Source: Clostridia bacterium (GTDB lineage: Bacteria; Bacillota; Clostridia; Oscillospirales; Acutalibacteraceae). From it: a stretch of DNA of 64,000 nt. The notes below the pieces were generated by a model. The model saw only the letters and a program-made list of their open reading frames with translations, did not search any database and had not been told where the DNA came from. The position numbers were made by a program, and so were the translations under genes. Shown piece after piece: positions 6,713 through 15,399 of the stretch. The stretch's first letter is position 1, and each line of letters starts with the position of its first letter. The DNA lies in contig JAFQEE010000043.1 of assembly GCA_017399175.1 (NCBI GenBank), positions 6,021-70,020 on the forward strand, in the 5' to 3' direction.

Positions 6713-8113
6713 ATGAAAACAAAACTGCAAAACGAAAAAACACGCTATCTTTTAGGTCTGTCAGGACAGAACGTACTATATGCTCTTGTATCATCCTGCT
6801 TTGCCTATTACCTTCAATTCACTATTCTTATCCCTGCTTTTTGGCTCGGAATCATACTCAGTACGGCAAAAATATTTGATGCTATTAAAGACCCGTTTTT
6901 AGGGGCATTCATTAATAAAAGCAAATGGCCGTTAGCAAAATATCTGCGACATTTACCGTTGCCAACAGCAATAATAACAGTTCTTTGCTTTGTGATGAAG
7001 ATTTATTCTGACAACAACAGTACTCTTCAAAACGCAACAATTATCGTTTATGGATTTGCTATTTTCATTCTGTGGGAGATTATGTTTTCTTTTGGCGACA
7101 TACCTATGATAAGTTATCCTAATATACTGTGCTCAGATGAAAGAGAACGCACAAATCTACTTTCTTTGCGTCCTATCGGTGCGATGGTCTGCAGTATTTG
7201 TTGCCTGATTGTTCAGCCGCTTGCCTTTGCGGTTTCGGGAGCACTTGGAGGAACACAAACAGATGAACGAAATGCCTTTTTTATCATTACTCTTGCTTTC
7301 TCTATCGTTGGATATATTCTTTATCAGTTAACCGTATCAAAAGAACGATTACACAGTAACGAAAAGAGAAGTGCCAACATAAAGCAACAGTACAAATATA
7401 TTCTCACTAATCCGCTTTTGAAGAAAATTATTATGTCAGGACTGCTGTCTTCAATGAGTTCTTTGCAGGGTGTGGTACTATCTGCGTTGGTTGCCTTTTA
7501 CTTCTCAAGCAAAAATTCGGGACTTACTTTTCTTTATACATTCTTACTTGGTACAGGTAGTTTCGTTGGCTTGATGCTTTCAACTTTCCTTGTGCCGATA
7601 CTTTCAAGAAAACTCGGCAATTTAAAGGCATATATCTTATGCAACCTTGCATCCATACTGCCTAATATTATGATTTTTGTATTGTATCTTGGCAACAAAA
7701 CAACAATGAACACCTTTACAAACTTTGTGATTATGTTCATCCTTTCACTTATATCCGGCAGTTTCCTGAGTCTTGCTTCAAACATTCGTACCCTGCTTAT
7801 TGATGATGCGGTAGAATTAGAATACAAACTATCAGGTACAAAGCCGACAGCATTATTCTTCTCTTTTCAGACGGCAATTATCAAAATTCAAAGTGGTGTA
7901 TCTTCATTAATTTCAAGTGCGGGATATATGATAATAGGCTTCACAAGTGCCGAAACTGCAAAACTTAATGAGTATATCGCAAATGGTTTTGTAGCAAGAG
8001 AAAGTGCTGAATATACTGCTCTGTTTACAATGCTGTTTTTCCTATTCAGCGTTTTACCTGCGGTAAGTTCTTTGTTGGCAGTTGTGCCGTTTGTAAAATC
8101 AAAAAACAGATGA
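6713..8113 (+). CDS. GPH/MFS-type glycoside-pentoside-hexuronide:cation symporter
   Basis: About 12 hydrophobic segments. The FDAIKDPFLGAFINKS motif is typical of MelB/YicJ-like carriers. Start moved to ATG 6713, behind RBS AAAGGAG. Confidence 0.8.
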   Translation: MKTKLQNEKTRYLLGLSGQNVLYALVSSCFAYYLQFTILIPAFWLGIILSTAKIFDAIKDPFLGAFINKSKWPLAKYLRHLPLPTAIITVLCFVMKIYSDNNSTLQNATIIVYGFAIFILWEIMFSFGDIPMISYPNILCSDERERTNLLSLRPIGAMVCSICCLIVQPLAFAVSGALGGTQTDERNAFFIITLAFSIVGYILYQLTVSKERLHSNEKRSANIKQQYKYILTNPLLKKIIMSGLLSSMSSLQGVVLSALVAFYFSSKNSGLTFLYTFLLGTGSFVGLMLSTFLVPILSRKLGNLKAYILCNLASILPNIMIFVLYLGNKTTMNTFTNFVIMFILSLISGSFLSLASNIRTLLIDDAVELEYKLSGTKPTALFFSFQTAIIKIQSGVSSLISSAGYMIIGFTSAETAKLNEYIANGFVARESAEYTALFTMLFFLFSVLPAVSSLLAVVPFVKSKNR

Positions 8114-8158
8114 AATATTATCGGGAATTTGCTATAATAGGCACAGGAGTTGAACACT

Positions 8159-8899
8159 ATGGTTAATATTAAAAGATTAGATTCAAACATGCTAAAACTT
8201 ATTGCAATAATAGCAATGACAGTTGATCATATTGCTTGGGCTGTATTTCCAGGATATTCTACCAATATAGTGCCCGTTGTTCTACATATAATCGGGCGAA
8301 TAACCTGTCCCATAATGTGCTATTTTATTGCAGAAGGATATCACTATACCCGAAATATCAACAAATACACTACACGGTTGTTTGTTTTTGCTATCATTTC
8401 CCATTTTGCTTACGTTGCTGCTTCAAACAGTTTTGTTGATTGGAAATCATTCATTCCGTTTTACTACGGGGATATTTTTAATCAGACAAGTGTGATTTGG
8501 GCTCTTGCTTGGGGATTGGTTATACTTCGTGTTGTAAACAGCAACAAAATCAAGAATAATATTTTTAAGATAGTTTTAGTGTTATTGATTTGTGTTATCA
8601 GTTTTCCAAGTGATTGGAGCTGTATTGCAAGTCTGTGTGTTCTTGCAATAGGCACAAACAGAGACAACTTCAAAAAACAAATGTTGTGGATGATTTTTTA
8701 TGTGTTCATATATGCGACTGTATATTTCTTTGCGTTAAATAAAGTTTATGGCATCATTCAAATGGGTATTGTTCTTGCAATACCGCTTCTTATGATGTAT
8801 AACGGAAATCGAGGAAAGAATCAAAAACTTAATAGCATTATGAAATGGTTTTTCTATGTGTATTATCCATTACATTTGTTTTTGATAAGTATGTTTTGA
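8159..8899 (+). CDS. TraX family membrane protein
   Basis: LKLIAIIAMTVDHIAWAVF N-terminus is typical of TraX. Polytopic membrane protein. ATG 8159 lies 9 nt after AGGAG. Confidence 0.8.
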   Translation: MVNIKRLDSNMLKLIAIIAMTVDHIAWAVFPGYSTNIVPVVLHIIGRITCPIMCYFIAEGYHYTRNINKYTTRLFVFAIISHFAYVAASNSFVDWKSFIPFYYGDIFNQTSVIWALAWGLVILRVVNSNKIKNNIFKIVLVLLICVISFPSDWSCIASLCVLAIGTNRDNFKKQMLWMIFYVFIYATVYFFALNKVYGIIQMGIVLAIPLLMMYNGNRGKNQKLNSIMKWFFYVYYPLHLFLISMF

Positions 8900-8920
8900 A
8901 CAATATTATAAGATATGAAA

Positions 8921-8958
8921 AAGCAAGTCTCCGTGAATTACTGAAGACTTGCTTTTTT
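8921..8958. terminator. Bidirectional terminator between the TraX and tnpV genes
   Basis: AAGCAAGTCT / AGACTTGCTT stem, A-run before and T-run after. It sits between convergent genes. Confidence 0.7.
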
Positions 8959-8962
8959 ATTA

Positions 8963-9319
8963 TTATGTATAAATCAAAGAAGAATTTACTATTTCTCTTG
9001 CCCTTACCTCAATATTCTGCACACGGCATATCCATTCCATCTGATTTTCTTCTTTCAGTTGCTCGGTTACGCCTTCAGTCACTTTCATCTGTTCTACAAG
9101 AGTATCAAACATATCTCGTGCCATATTTTCTATCTCGGCACAGTGCTGATAGAGTTCACCTTGGGTAAGTAGTGTTGTAAATAACACCTTCTTGTTTTTT
9201 AGCAGGTAATCCTTGTGCATCATACCCCATTTGCCGAGGCGGATGGCTGTTTCCTCAGGTGGTAGGGTGAGATTGGGTATCATATAATCTGCGACTTGTC
9301 TGTATGTAATGTTTGCCAT
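8963..9319 (-). CDS. tnpV: TnpV-like transposon-encoded protein
   Basis: Resembles my recollection of the TnpV family: ...YxIPxLTLPxE...IGKWGxxHxxYLxxxxxxxxxxLLxxGxL...EGVTEQLKxxNQMxW. Confidence 0.75.
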   Translation of the reverse strand: MANITYRQVADYMIPNLTLPPEETAIRLGKWGMMHKDYLLKNKKVLFTTLLTQGELYQHCAEIENMARDMFDTLVEQMKVTEGVTEQLKEENQMEWICRVQNIEVRAREIVNSSLIYT

Positions 9320-9325
9320 AATTTT

Positions 9326-9604
9326 TCATCCTTTCTGATTTTCAACAAATGTGTCGTATGTAAATTTTGCTCCGAGTCTGAAGTCTGATATAAAGCTGTC
9401 TGCATTACTCATTGTTGATAATTCAATATATGCACTTACATAGTTTTGAAACAGCTCTTTATCCTCACCGTTCAACCTTACAGTAAGCTGTTCTTCTTTT
9501 TTGGAAAGGTTGCTCAGCTTCTTTTTGAGTTTACCTAAGAGCTCTGTGTTTAATTCCTGTGGTTCTATATTACCGTAGTATAATTCTTCGATAAAGTTTG
9601 ACAT
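9326..9604 (-). CDS. DUF6809-like small protein (usual tnpV neighbour)
   Basis: N-terminus FIEELYYGNIEPQE and C-terminal FRLGAKF resemble this family. ATG 9604 lies behind RBS GAGGAA. Confidence 0.6.
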   Translation of the reverse strand: MSNFIEELYYGNIEPQELNTELLGKLKKKLSNLSKKEEQLTVRLNGEDKELFQNYVSAYIELSTMSNADSFISDFRLGAKFTYDTFVENQKG

Positions 9605-9678
9605 ATCGTTTCCTCGCAATCTGTATTTGATTTGTTGAAGAAACTACAAAATTCTCTGATACAAGCAAGAATATGTGG

Positions 9679-9706
9679 TTGACTGCCGGTTAATTGATAT
9701 TAAAAT
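9679..9706 (+). promoter_or_regulatory. Sigma-A-type promoter candidate (TTGACT-16-TAAAAT)
   Basis: -35 TTGACT 9679-9684, 16-nt spacer, -10 TAAAAT 9701-9706. No ORF follows directly. Confidence 0.4.
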
Positions 9707-9738
9707 TTGAATCCGTTATCAACACTCGTACCAAAAAT

Positions 9739-9773
9739 AAGAGTTTTCCTTTTGGAAGACTCTTGTTTTTATT
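9739..9773 (+). terminator. Intrinsic terminator about 30 nt downstream of the orphan promoter
   Basis: 11-bp stem AAGAGTTTTCC / GGAAGACTCTT (one G-U pair), loop TTTT, followed by GTTTTTATT. Confidence 0.6.
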
Positions 9774-9890
9774 GCATTTTGTTATTTCTTATAATAAAAT
9801 AAATATAAAACGGTGGCGGTGATTAGAATGAGAAACAAATTAAGAGTAATCTAGGGTGTTTTATTTCTCTTAATACTCATAATAGAAATA

Positions 9891-10217
9891 TTGATTGCTT
9901 TGTTTGTCCGTGATAGTTTTGTTCGACCATATATAGGTGATATGCTTATAACAGTTTTGATTTGTTCTTTTGCAAGATTTTTAATTCCCGAAAAAATTAA
10001 ATTAATGCCGATATTTGTGCTTATCTTTTCGACTCTAGTTGAAATTGGACAATATTTTGATTTTGTGAAAATAATGGGCCTTGACGACAATGTTTTTATT
10101 TCAACTTTATTTGGTAGAACTTTTTCTGTTGCAGATTTAATTTGTTATGCAATAGGATGTGTAGTATTCACAATATTTGATTATATAATTAAAAAGAAAA
10201 ATAGGAGTATATTATGA
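9891..10217 (+). CDS. DUF2809 family membrane protein
   Basis: FVRPYIGDMLITVLI motif and 3-4 TM segments. TTG start as in the ORF track. Confidence 0.65.
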   Translation: MIALFVRDSFVRPYIGDMLITVLICSFARFLIPEKIKLMPIFVLIFSTLVEIGQYFDFVKIMGLDDNVFISTLFGRTFSVADLICYAIGCVVFTIFDYIIKKKNRSIL

Positions 10218-11068
10218 AAGTATCTACTGAAATCGGTTCAATCGCATCACATATTGGTGAAGAAAAGGCGGTTGAACTTGTGGCAAAAGCAGGCTTTGAT
10301 GCTTGGGACTTTTCAATGTTCGATATGTGTAAAAAGGAAAACGGCATTTTAATACCTACAAGTCATCCTACTGCACAGAGTGGCTATCTTGCTTTTGCAC
10401 GAAAACTCAAGCAAATCGGTCTTGATAACGGCATTATATGCAATCAAGGACACGCACCGTTTCCAAGCTCACCACGGAGTAAAGACTGGATTAAACGAGC
10501 AATCGAATGTGTTGCTGAAGCAGGTGGTGACATTTGCATTGTTCATCCTATGAACAACGGTACACCTGAAGAAAATGCAGAAATGTATTTTGAACTTTTG
10601 CCATTTGCCAAAGAGCATAATGTTAAAATTGTAACAGAAAATATGTGGAACTGGTATGAAAATGCAGAACATTCCTCATTTGCAGCCTGTGCAACTCCTG
10701 AAAGCTTCAATGCACATCTTGATGCAGTAAATGACGATTATTTTGTTGCTTGTCTTGATATCGGTCACGCAGAAATGAAGGGCAGTGACACATCAGCACC
10801 CGAAATGATAAGAGGGTTAGGCAAAAGACTCAAAGCACTTCACATTCACGATAACGATAAACTTCACGATTCACACCAGATTCCGTTTTCAATGAATATT
10901 GATTTTGTGGCTATTGTGGAAGCATTAAAAGAAATTGGATATGACGGATATCTTACGCTTGAAGCAAGCAGTTTTCTTGATGATTTTAAAACAGAGAGTG
11001 TGCCTGACGGAGTAAAACAACTTTATAATTCTGTTGAAAAATTGAGATGTATGTTTGAAAACAAATAA
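10214..11068 (+). CDS. Sugar phosphate isomerase/epimerase (xylose-isomerase-like TIM barrel)
   Basis: The pattern of conserved H/D/E residues (VHPMN, TENM, LDIGH, HIHDN, TLE) is typical of the AP-endonuclease-2/TIM-barrel family. Confidence 0.8.
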   Translation: MKVSTEIGSIASHIGEEKAVELVAKAGFDAWDFSMFDMCKKENGILIPTSHPTAQSGYLAFARKLKQIGLDNGIICNQGHAPFPSSPRSKDWIKRAIECVAEAGGDICIVHPMNNGTPEENAEMYFELLPFAKEHNVKIVTENMWNWYENAEHSSFAACATPESFNAHLDAVNDDYFVACLDIGHAEMKGSDTSAPEMIRGLGKRLKALHIHDNDKLHDSHQIPFSMNIDFVAIVEALKEIGYDGYLTLEASSFLDDFKTESVPDGVKQLYNSVEKLRCMFENK

Positions 11069-11121
11069 TAGATTGTAACTTCGAAATAATAAATGTATAT
11101 GCAGAATGGAGGGGACTTGTT

Positions 11122-11916
11122 TTGATAATAGATTTTCATACACACGCATTTCCCGATAAAATCGCAGAAAGAGCAATACAGTCACTTGTAGAAGGTTGTA
11201 ACGGAGAATATATGCCATGCAGTAATGGTACTGTGTCAGGACTTGTTGATAATATGGACAAGTTTGGCGTTGACATTTCGGTGGTGCAACCGGTTATCAC
11301 TAAACCGAGTCAGACGGTTACATTAAATAATTGGGCAAAAGAAATCACCTGTGACAGATTGATTTCCTTTGGCGGAATTCATCCCGAAACAGACGATTAT
11401 AAGCGTGATATTGACCTTGTATGTGAACTGGGATTACCGGGTATAAAACTTCATCCGGAATATCAGCAGTTTTATGTAGATGACCCTTATATGCTTAAAA
11501 TTTATGATTATGCTTTAAGCAAAGGACTTGTTATACTATTTCACGCAGGATATGACCCTGCTTATCCACCGCCAATTCACAGCAGTCCCAAGCAGTTTGC
11601 AGAAATATCAAAGCAGATGCAGGGAGGAATTATTATAGCCGCACATCTTGGTGGTCAGCGTCAATGGAATGAAGTTGAAGAGTATCTTGTGGGAACGGAA
11701 ATGTATATTGATACTTCAATGGGTATGAATTATTATCCCCATGACCAATTCTTGAGAATAGTAAAAAATCACGGTGCAGATAAAATTCTCTTTGGCTCTG
11801 ATTCTCCGTGGAGCAAGGCAGGGGAAGAAATTGAAATGCTTAACTCTCTTTCACTTTCACAGGAGGAAAAGGAGTTAATCCTTTATAAAAACGCAAAAAG
11901 AATATTGAAGATATAA
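11122..11916 (+). CDS. Amidohydrolase-family metal-dependent hydrolase (TIM barrel)
   Basis: N-terminal IIDFHTHAFP metal-binding motif. Internal FHAG and AAHLGG, C-terminal FGSDSPW. Confidence 0.8.
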   Translation: MIIDFHTHAFPDKIAERAIQSLVEGCNGEYMPCSNGTVSGLVDNMDKFGVDISVVQPVITKPSQTVTLNNWAKEITCDRLISFGGIHPETDDYKRDIDLVCELGLPGIKLHPEYQQFYVDDPYMLKIYDYALSKGLVILFHAGYDPAYPPPIHSSPKQFAEISKQMQGGIIIAAHLGGQRQWNEVEEYLVGTEMYIDTSMGMNYYPHDQFLRIVKNHGADKILFGSDSPWSKAGEEIEMLNSLSLSQEEKELILYKNAKRILKI

Positions 11917-11953
11917 TGAAAAGGACTTGGAAATAAATCCAAGTCCTAAATTT

Positions 11954-13537
11954 TTATCCCAATGAATTTGTAACGCTTGTTGTGACGGTTGCCTTGTAAC
12001 AACTGAATTTTTCGTTAACATTTTTTGGTAATGTCTTTTGTGTCAAAAGACTTACAATTGGAACAAGTATAAGTCCGCCGACCATAGCAAATACACCTGA
12101 ATAAAGTGAATTTGTGAACACGAAGCTCAAGATTGGTGTTGTAGGAGTGAAAAGACCAACGCTGATTAAAAGTTGTACTATTTCAAGTCCTGTACCGAAA
12201 ACAAAGCTTGTAACAACAGCAGCCTTTGTGGTCTTTTTCCAATATAAACCGTATAAAAACGGAGCTAAGAATGCGCCTGCCAATGCACCCCAGGAAACAC
12301 CCATCATCTGTGCGATAAATACTGATTCTGCCCAGATTGTATCTTTAAGAATTGCAATTACAGCAGAAAGTGCGATGAAGAATACAATGAAAACTCGAAG
12401 AATGAAAATGCTCTTTTTATCGTCAACTTTTTGTTTCTTTTCAAGTCTTGGCTTGATAACATCAAGTGTAAGTGTTGATGAAGATGTCAGAACAAGCGAA
12501 GAAAGAGTTGACATTGATGCAGAAAGAACAAGTACAATAACGAGAGCAACAATAACGGGAGCTAAATCTGAAAGAATTGTAGGAACAACCTTATCAAACA
12601 TAACTGCTCCTGTTTCTGATATATAACCGTCTGCAACCATTTCTTCTTTGTAAAGTCTGCCAAAGCCACCAAGGAAGTAGCAACCGCCTGCAACAATAAT
12701 TGCAAAAAATGTTGAGATGATTGTACCTTTTTTGATTGAACCTTCGTCCTTGATTGAGTAGAATTTACCAACCATTTGCGGTAATCCCCAAGTACCCAAT
12801 GAAGTAAGCATTACAACAAAGAAAAGGAAAAGGGGATTAGGGCCGAACATTGAAGTGAATTCAGCACCTGCTTCTTGTGTAAGAGATGCTACAGCCTGAG
12901 TGAAACCACCATTTTTAACAAGAACGGCAGCAATAACTGCAACGATTCCCACAAGCATTATAATTCCTTGAATAAAGTCGTTGATTGCTGTTGCCATATA
13001 TCCGCCGAAAATAACATAAATACCTGTAAGAACAGCCATGATAATAACGATTACTGAATATGGAATATTGAATACATTATTAAAAAGAGAAGAAAGACCG
13101 TTGTAAAGTGAAGCGGTGTATGGAATAAGAAAAATGAATACTATTATAGATGCTACTATTTTGAGTGCCTTTGAATCGTATCTTTTTTCAAAGAAATCAG
13201 GCATTGTTTTTGAGTCAAGGTGCTGTGTCATAACTCTTGTTCTTCGACCAAGCACACTCCACGCAAGAAGTGAACCGATAAATGCGTTACCAAGACCAAT
13301 CCAAGTGGATGCAAGACCAAAGTTCCAACCAAATTGTCCTGCGTAACCAACAAAGATAACTGCAGAGAAATATGATGTACCGAATGCGAAGGCTGTAAGC
13401 CAGGGTCCGACACTTCGTCCACCAAGAACGAATCCGTCAACATTAGTTGCATTTTTTCTGCAATAAAAACCGACACCTATCATAAGTGCGAAGAAACATA
13501 TAAGCATTGGTATACTAATCATCATTGTTGTTGTCAT
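11954..13537 (-). CDS. Sodium:solute symporter family transporter
   Basis: About 13 TM segments with SSF-like N-terminus (GGRSVGPWLTAFAFGTSYFSA). ATG 13537 lies behind RBS AAGGAGTG. Confidence 0.85.
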   Translation of the reverse strand: MTTTMMISIPMLICFFALMIGVGFYCRKNATNVDGFVLGGRSVGPWLTAFAFGTSYFSAVIFVGYAGQFGWNFGLASTWIGLGNAFIGSLLAWSVLGRRTRVMTQHLDSKTMPDFFEKRYDSKALKIVASIIVFIFLIPYTASLYNGLSSLFNNVFNIPYSVIVIIMAVLTGIYVIFGGYMATAINDFIQGIIMLVGIVAVIAAVLVKNGGFTQAVASLTQEAGAEFTSMFGPNPLFLFFVVMLTSLGTWGLPQMVGKFYSIKDEGSIKKGTIISTFFAIIVAGGCYFLGGFGRLYKEEMVADGYISETGAVMFDKVVPTILSDLAPVIVALVIVLVLSASMSTLSSLVLTSSSTLTLDVIKPRLEKKQKVDDKKSIFILRVFIVFFIALSAVIAILKDTIWAESVFIAQMMGVSWGALAGAFLAPFLYGLYWKKTTKAAVVTSFVFGTGLEIVQLLISVGLFTPTTPILSFVFTNSLYSGVFAMVGGLILVPIVSLLTQKTLPKNVNEKFSCYKATVTTSVTNSLG

Positions 13538-13568
13538 TTTAATCACTCCTTTTTAAATAAACTTTTTC

Positions 13569-13597
13569 TTGACAAACAAGAGATAATGTGGTATATT
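13569..13597 (+). promoter_or_regulatory. Near-consensus sigma-A promoter (TTGACA-17-TGgTATATT) for the acyl-CoA synthetase/ior genes
   Basis: -35 at 13569-13574. Extended -10 TGG TATATT at 13589-13597. Confidence 0.6.
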
Positions 13598-13637
13598 TGC
13601 TTTAACGCTTTAAAGTTTAGCACTTTAAAGCAAATAT
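13593..13637. promoter_or_regulatory. 13-bp inverted repeat ATATTTGCTTTAA / TTAAAGCAAATAT overlapping the -10
   Basis: Arms at 13593-13605 and 13625-13637. The 19-nt spacer itself contains the direct repeat CTTTAAAG twice. Confidence 0.5.
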
Positions 13638-13741
13638 GTCAAGAGGGAATTGTAAAAAATTTCTTTTTATCGAATTCTATTGATTTTTCAGGGAATTTAA
13701 AGTAAAATAATCAAATATTGTAATTTTTGGAGAACTATGTT

Positions 13742-15376
13742 ATGACAATCGTACACTTACTTGAAAAAAATGCCCGTGAATTTCCAAATGATGTGGCATT
13801 GGTTGAAATTAATCCTGAACAACCTGAAACAAGACGAATTACATGGAGTGAATTTGAACTTGTTGAGCCGGGTGCAAGGCGTCCTTATCGTCGCGAAATC
13901 ACTTGGGGTGTGTTTGAAGAAAAAGCAAACAGATTTGCAAATATGCTTTCACAGAACGGAATTGGAAAGGGTAATAAGGTTGCAATACTTCTCATGAACT
14001 GTATTGACTGGTTACCTATATACTTTGGTATTCTTAAAACAGGTGCTTTGGTAGTGCCACTTAATTTCCGTTATTCTTCTGATGAAATTGATTACTGTCT
14101 TGACCTTGCTGAAGCTGATGTTCTCGTTTTCGGTAATGAATTTGTAGGACGAGTTGAGGCTGTTGCAGATAAAATCAGTAAAAAATGCAAACTTATTTAT
14201 TTTGGCGGAAGTTGTCCTGCTTTTGCTGATGATTATAACGAGCTTGTTTCAGAATGTTCAAGTTCATATCACGGATGTTGGCTTGAAGAATCCGATGATG
14301 CAGCAATTTACTTCTCATCAGGTACAACAGGCTTCCCAAAGGCGATTTTACATAATCACGAAAGCCTTATTCATTCTTGCCGTTGCGAACAGGCTCATCA
14401 CGGACAAACAAAGGACGACTGTTTCCTTTGTATCCCTCCGCTTTATCATACAGGTGCAAAAATGCATTGGTTTGGTAGCCTTTTAACGGGCTCAAAAGCA
14501 ATTATTCTTAAGGGTACACAGTCAAGAAATATTCTTAAGGTTGCAAGTGATGAAAAATGTACAATCGTATGGCTTCTTGTTCCTTGGGCGCAGGATATTC
14601 TCAATGCAATAGACAGCGGTGAAATTGATTTGAACGAATTTGATTTCTCAAACTGGAGACTTATGCACATCGGTGCACAGCCTGTACCACAAAGCCTTAT
14701 CAAGCGTTGGCTTGAATATTTCCCAAATCAGCAGTATGACACAAACTATGGTCTTTCCGAGTCAATCGGACCTGGTGCAGTTCATCTTGGTGTTGAAAAT
14801 GTTCACAAGGTTGGTGCAATCGGTGTTCCGGGTTATGGATGGCAGACAAAAATTGTTGACCCTGACGGAAACGAAGTGTCCCAAGGCGATGTTGGTGAAC
14901 TCTGTCTTAAAGGACCGGGTGTTATGACCTGCTACTATCGTGACGAAGAGGCAACAAAAGCAACACTTAAAGATGGTTGGCTTTTGACAGGGGATATGGC
15001 AATGCTTGATGAAGACGGCTTCATTTTCCTTGTTGACCGTAAAAAGGATGTTATCATTACAGGCGGTGAAAACCTTTACCCTGTACAGATTGAAAACTTT
15101 ATGGCGGCATACGAAAAAATCAAGGATGTTGCTGTTATCGGTCTTCCAGACCCTCGACTTGGTGAAATTGCAACTGCAATTATTGAAGTCAAAAAAGGTA
15201 TGACTTGCACAGAAGAAGAAATCAACGAATTCTGTATGAGCTTACCACGATATAAAAGACCTCGAAAGATTATTTTTGCAGATGTACCTCGTAATCCTAC
15301 AGGTAAAATTGAAAAACCAAAGCTTCGTAAAATGTACGGTGGCGAAGGTCTTGTTGATTCACAGAATAAATCATAA
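13742..15376 (+). CDS. AMP-forming acyl-CoA synthetase / acid-CoA ligase
   Basis: AMP-binding motif YFSSGTTGFPKAILHNH and C-terminal GKIEKPKLR. ATG 13742 lies 8 nt after GGAGA. Confidence 0.9.
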   Translation: MTIVHLLEKNAREFPNDVALVEINPEQPETRRITWSEFELVEPGARRPYRREITWGVFEEKANRFANMLSQNGIGKGNKVAILLMNCIDWLPIYFGILKTGALVVPLNFRYSSDEIDYCLDLAEADVLVFGNEFVGRVEAVADKISKKCKLIYFGGSCPAFADDYNELVSECSSSYHGCWLEESDDAAIYFSSGTTGFPKAILHNHESLIHSCRCEQAHHGQTKDDCFLCIPPLYHTGAKMHWFGSLLTGSKAIILKGTQSRNILKVASDEKCTIVWLLVPWAQDILNAIDSGEIDLNEFDFSNWRLMHIGAQPVPQSLIKRWLEYFPNQQYDTNYGLSESIGPGAVHLGVENVHKVGAIGVPGYGWQTKIVDPDGNEVSQGDVGELCLKGPGVMTCYYRDEEATKATLKDGWLLTGDMAMLDEDGFIFLVDRKKDVIITGGENLYPVQIENFMAAYEKIKDVAVIGLPDPRLGEIATAIIEVKKGMTCTEEEINEFCMSLPRYKRPRKIIFADVPRNPTGKIEKPKLRKMYGGEGLVDSQNKS

Positions 15377-15399
15377 TTACACAGAAAAGAGAAATAGAT

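Larger units (their letters stand above)
8963..9619 (-). mobile_element. Orphan accessory module of a clostridial transposon/ICE (tnpV plus a DUF6809-like gene), with no recombinase in the window
   Basis: These two small genes characteristically travel together on Clostridia mobile elements. Here they are flanked by chromosomal metabolic genes. Confidence 0.55.

Noticed and set aside
8845-9168. 107-aa plus-strand ORF
   Set aside because: It overlaps the TraX 3' end, the terminator and the antisense strand of tnpV.
12114-12626. 170-aa plus-strand ORF
   Set aside because: It is antisense to the sodium:solute symporter, and its translation does not look like a real protein.
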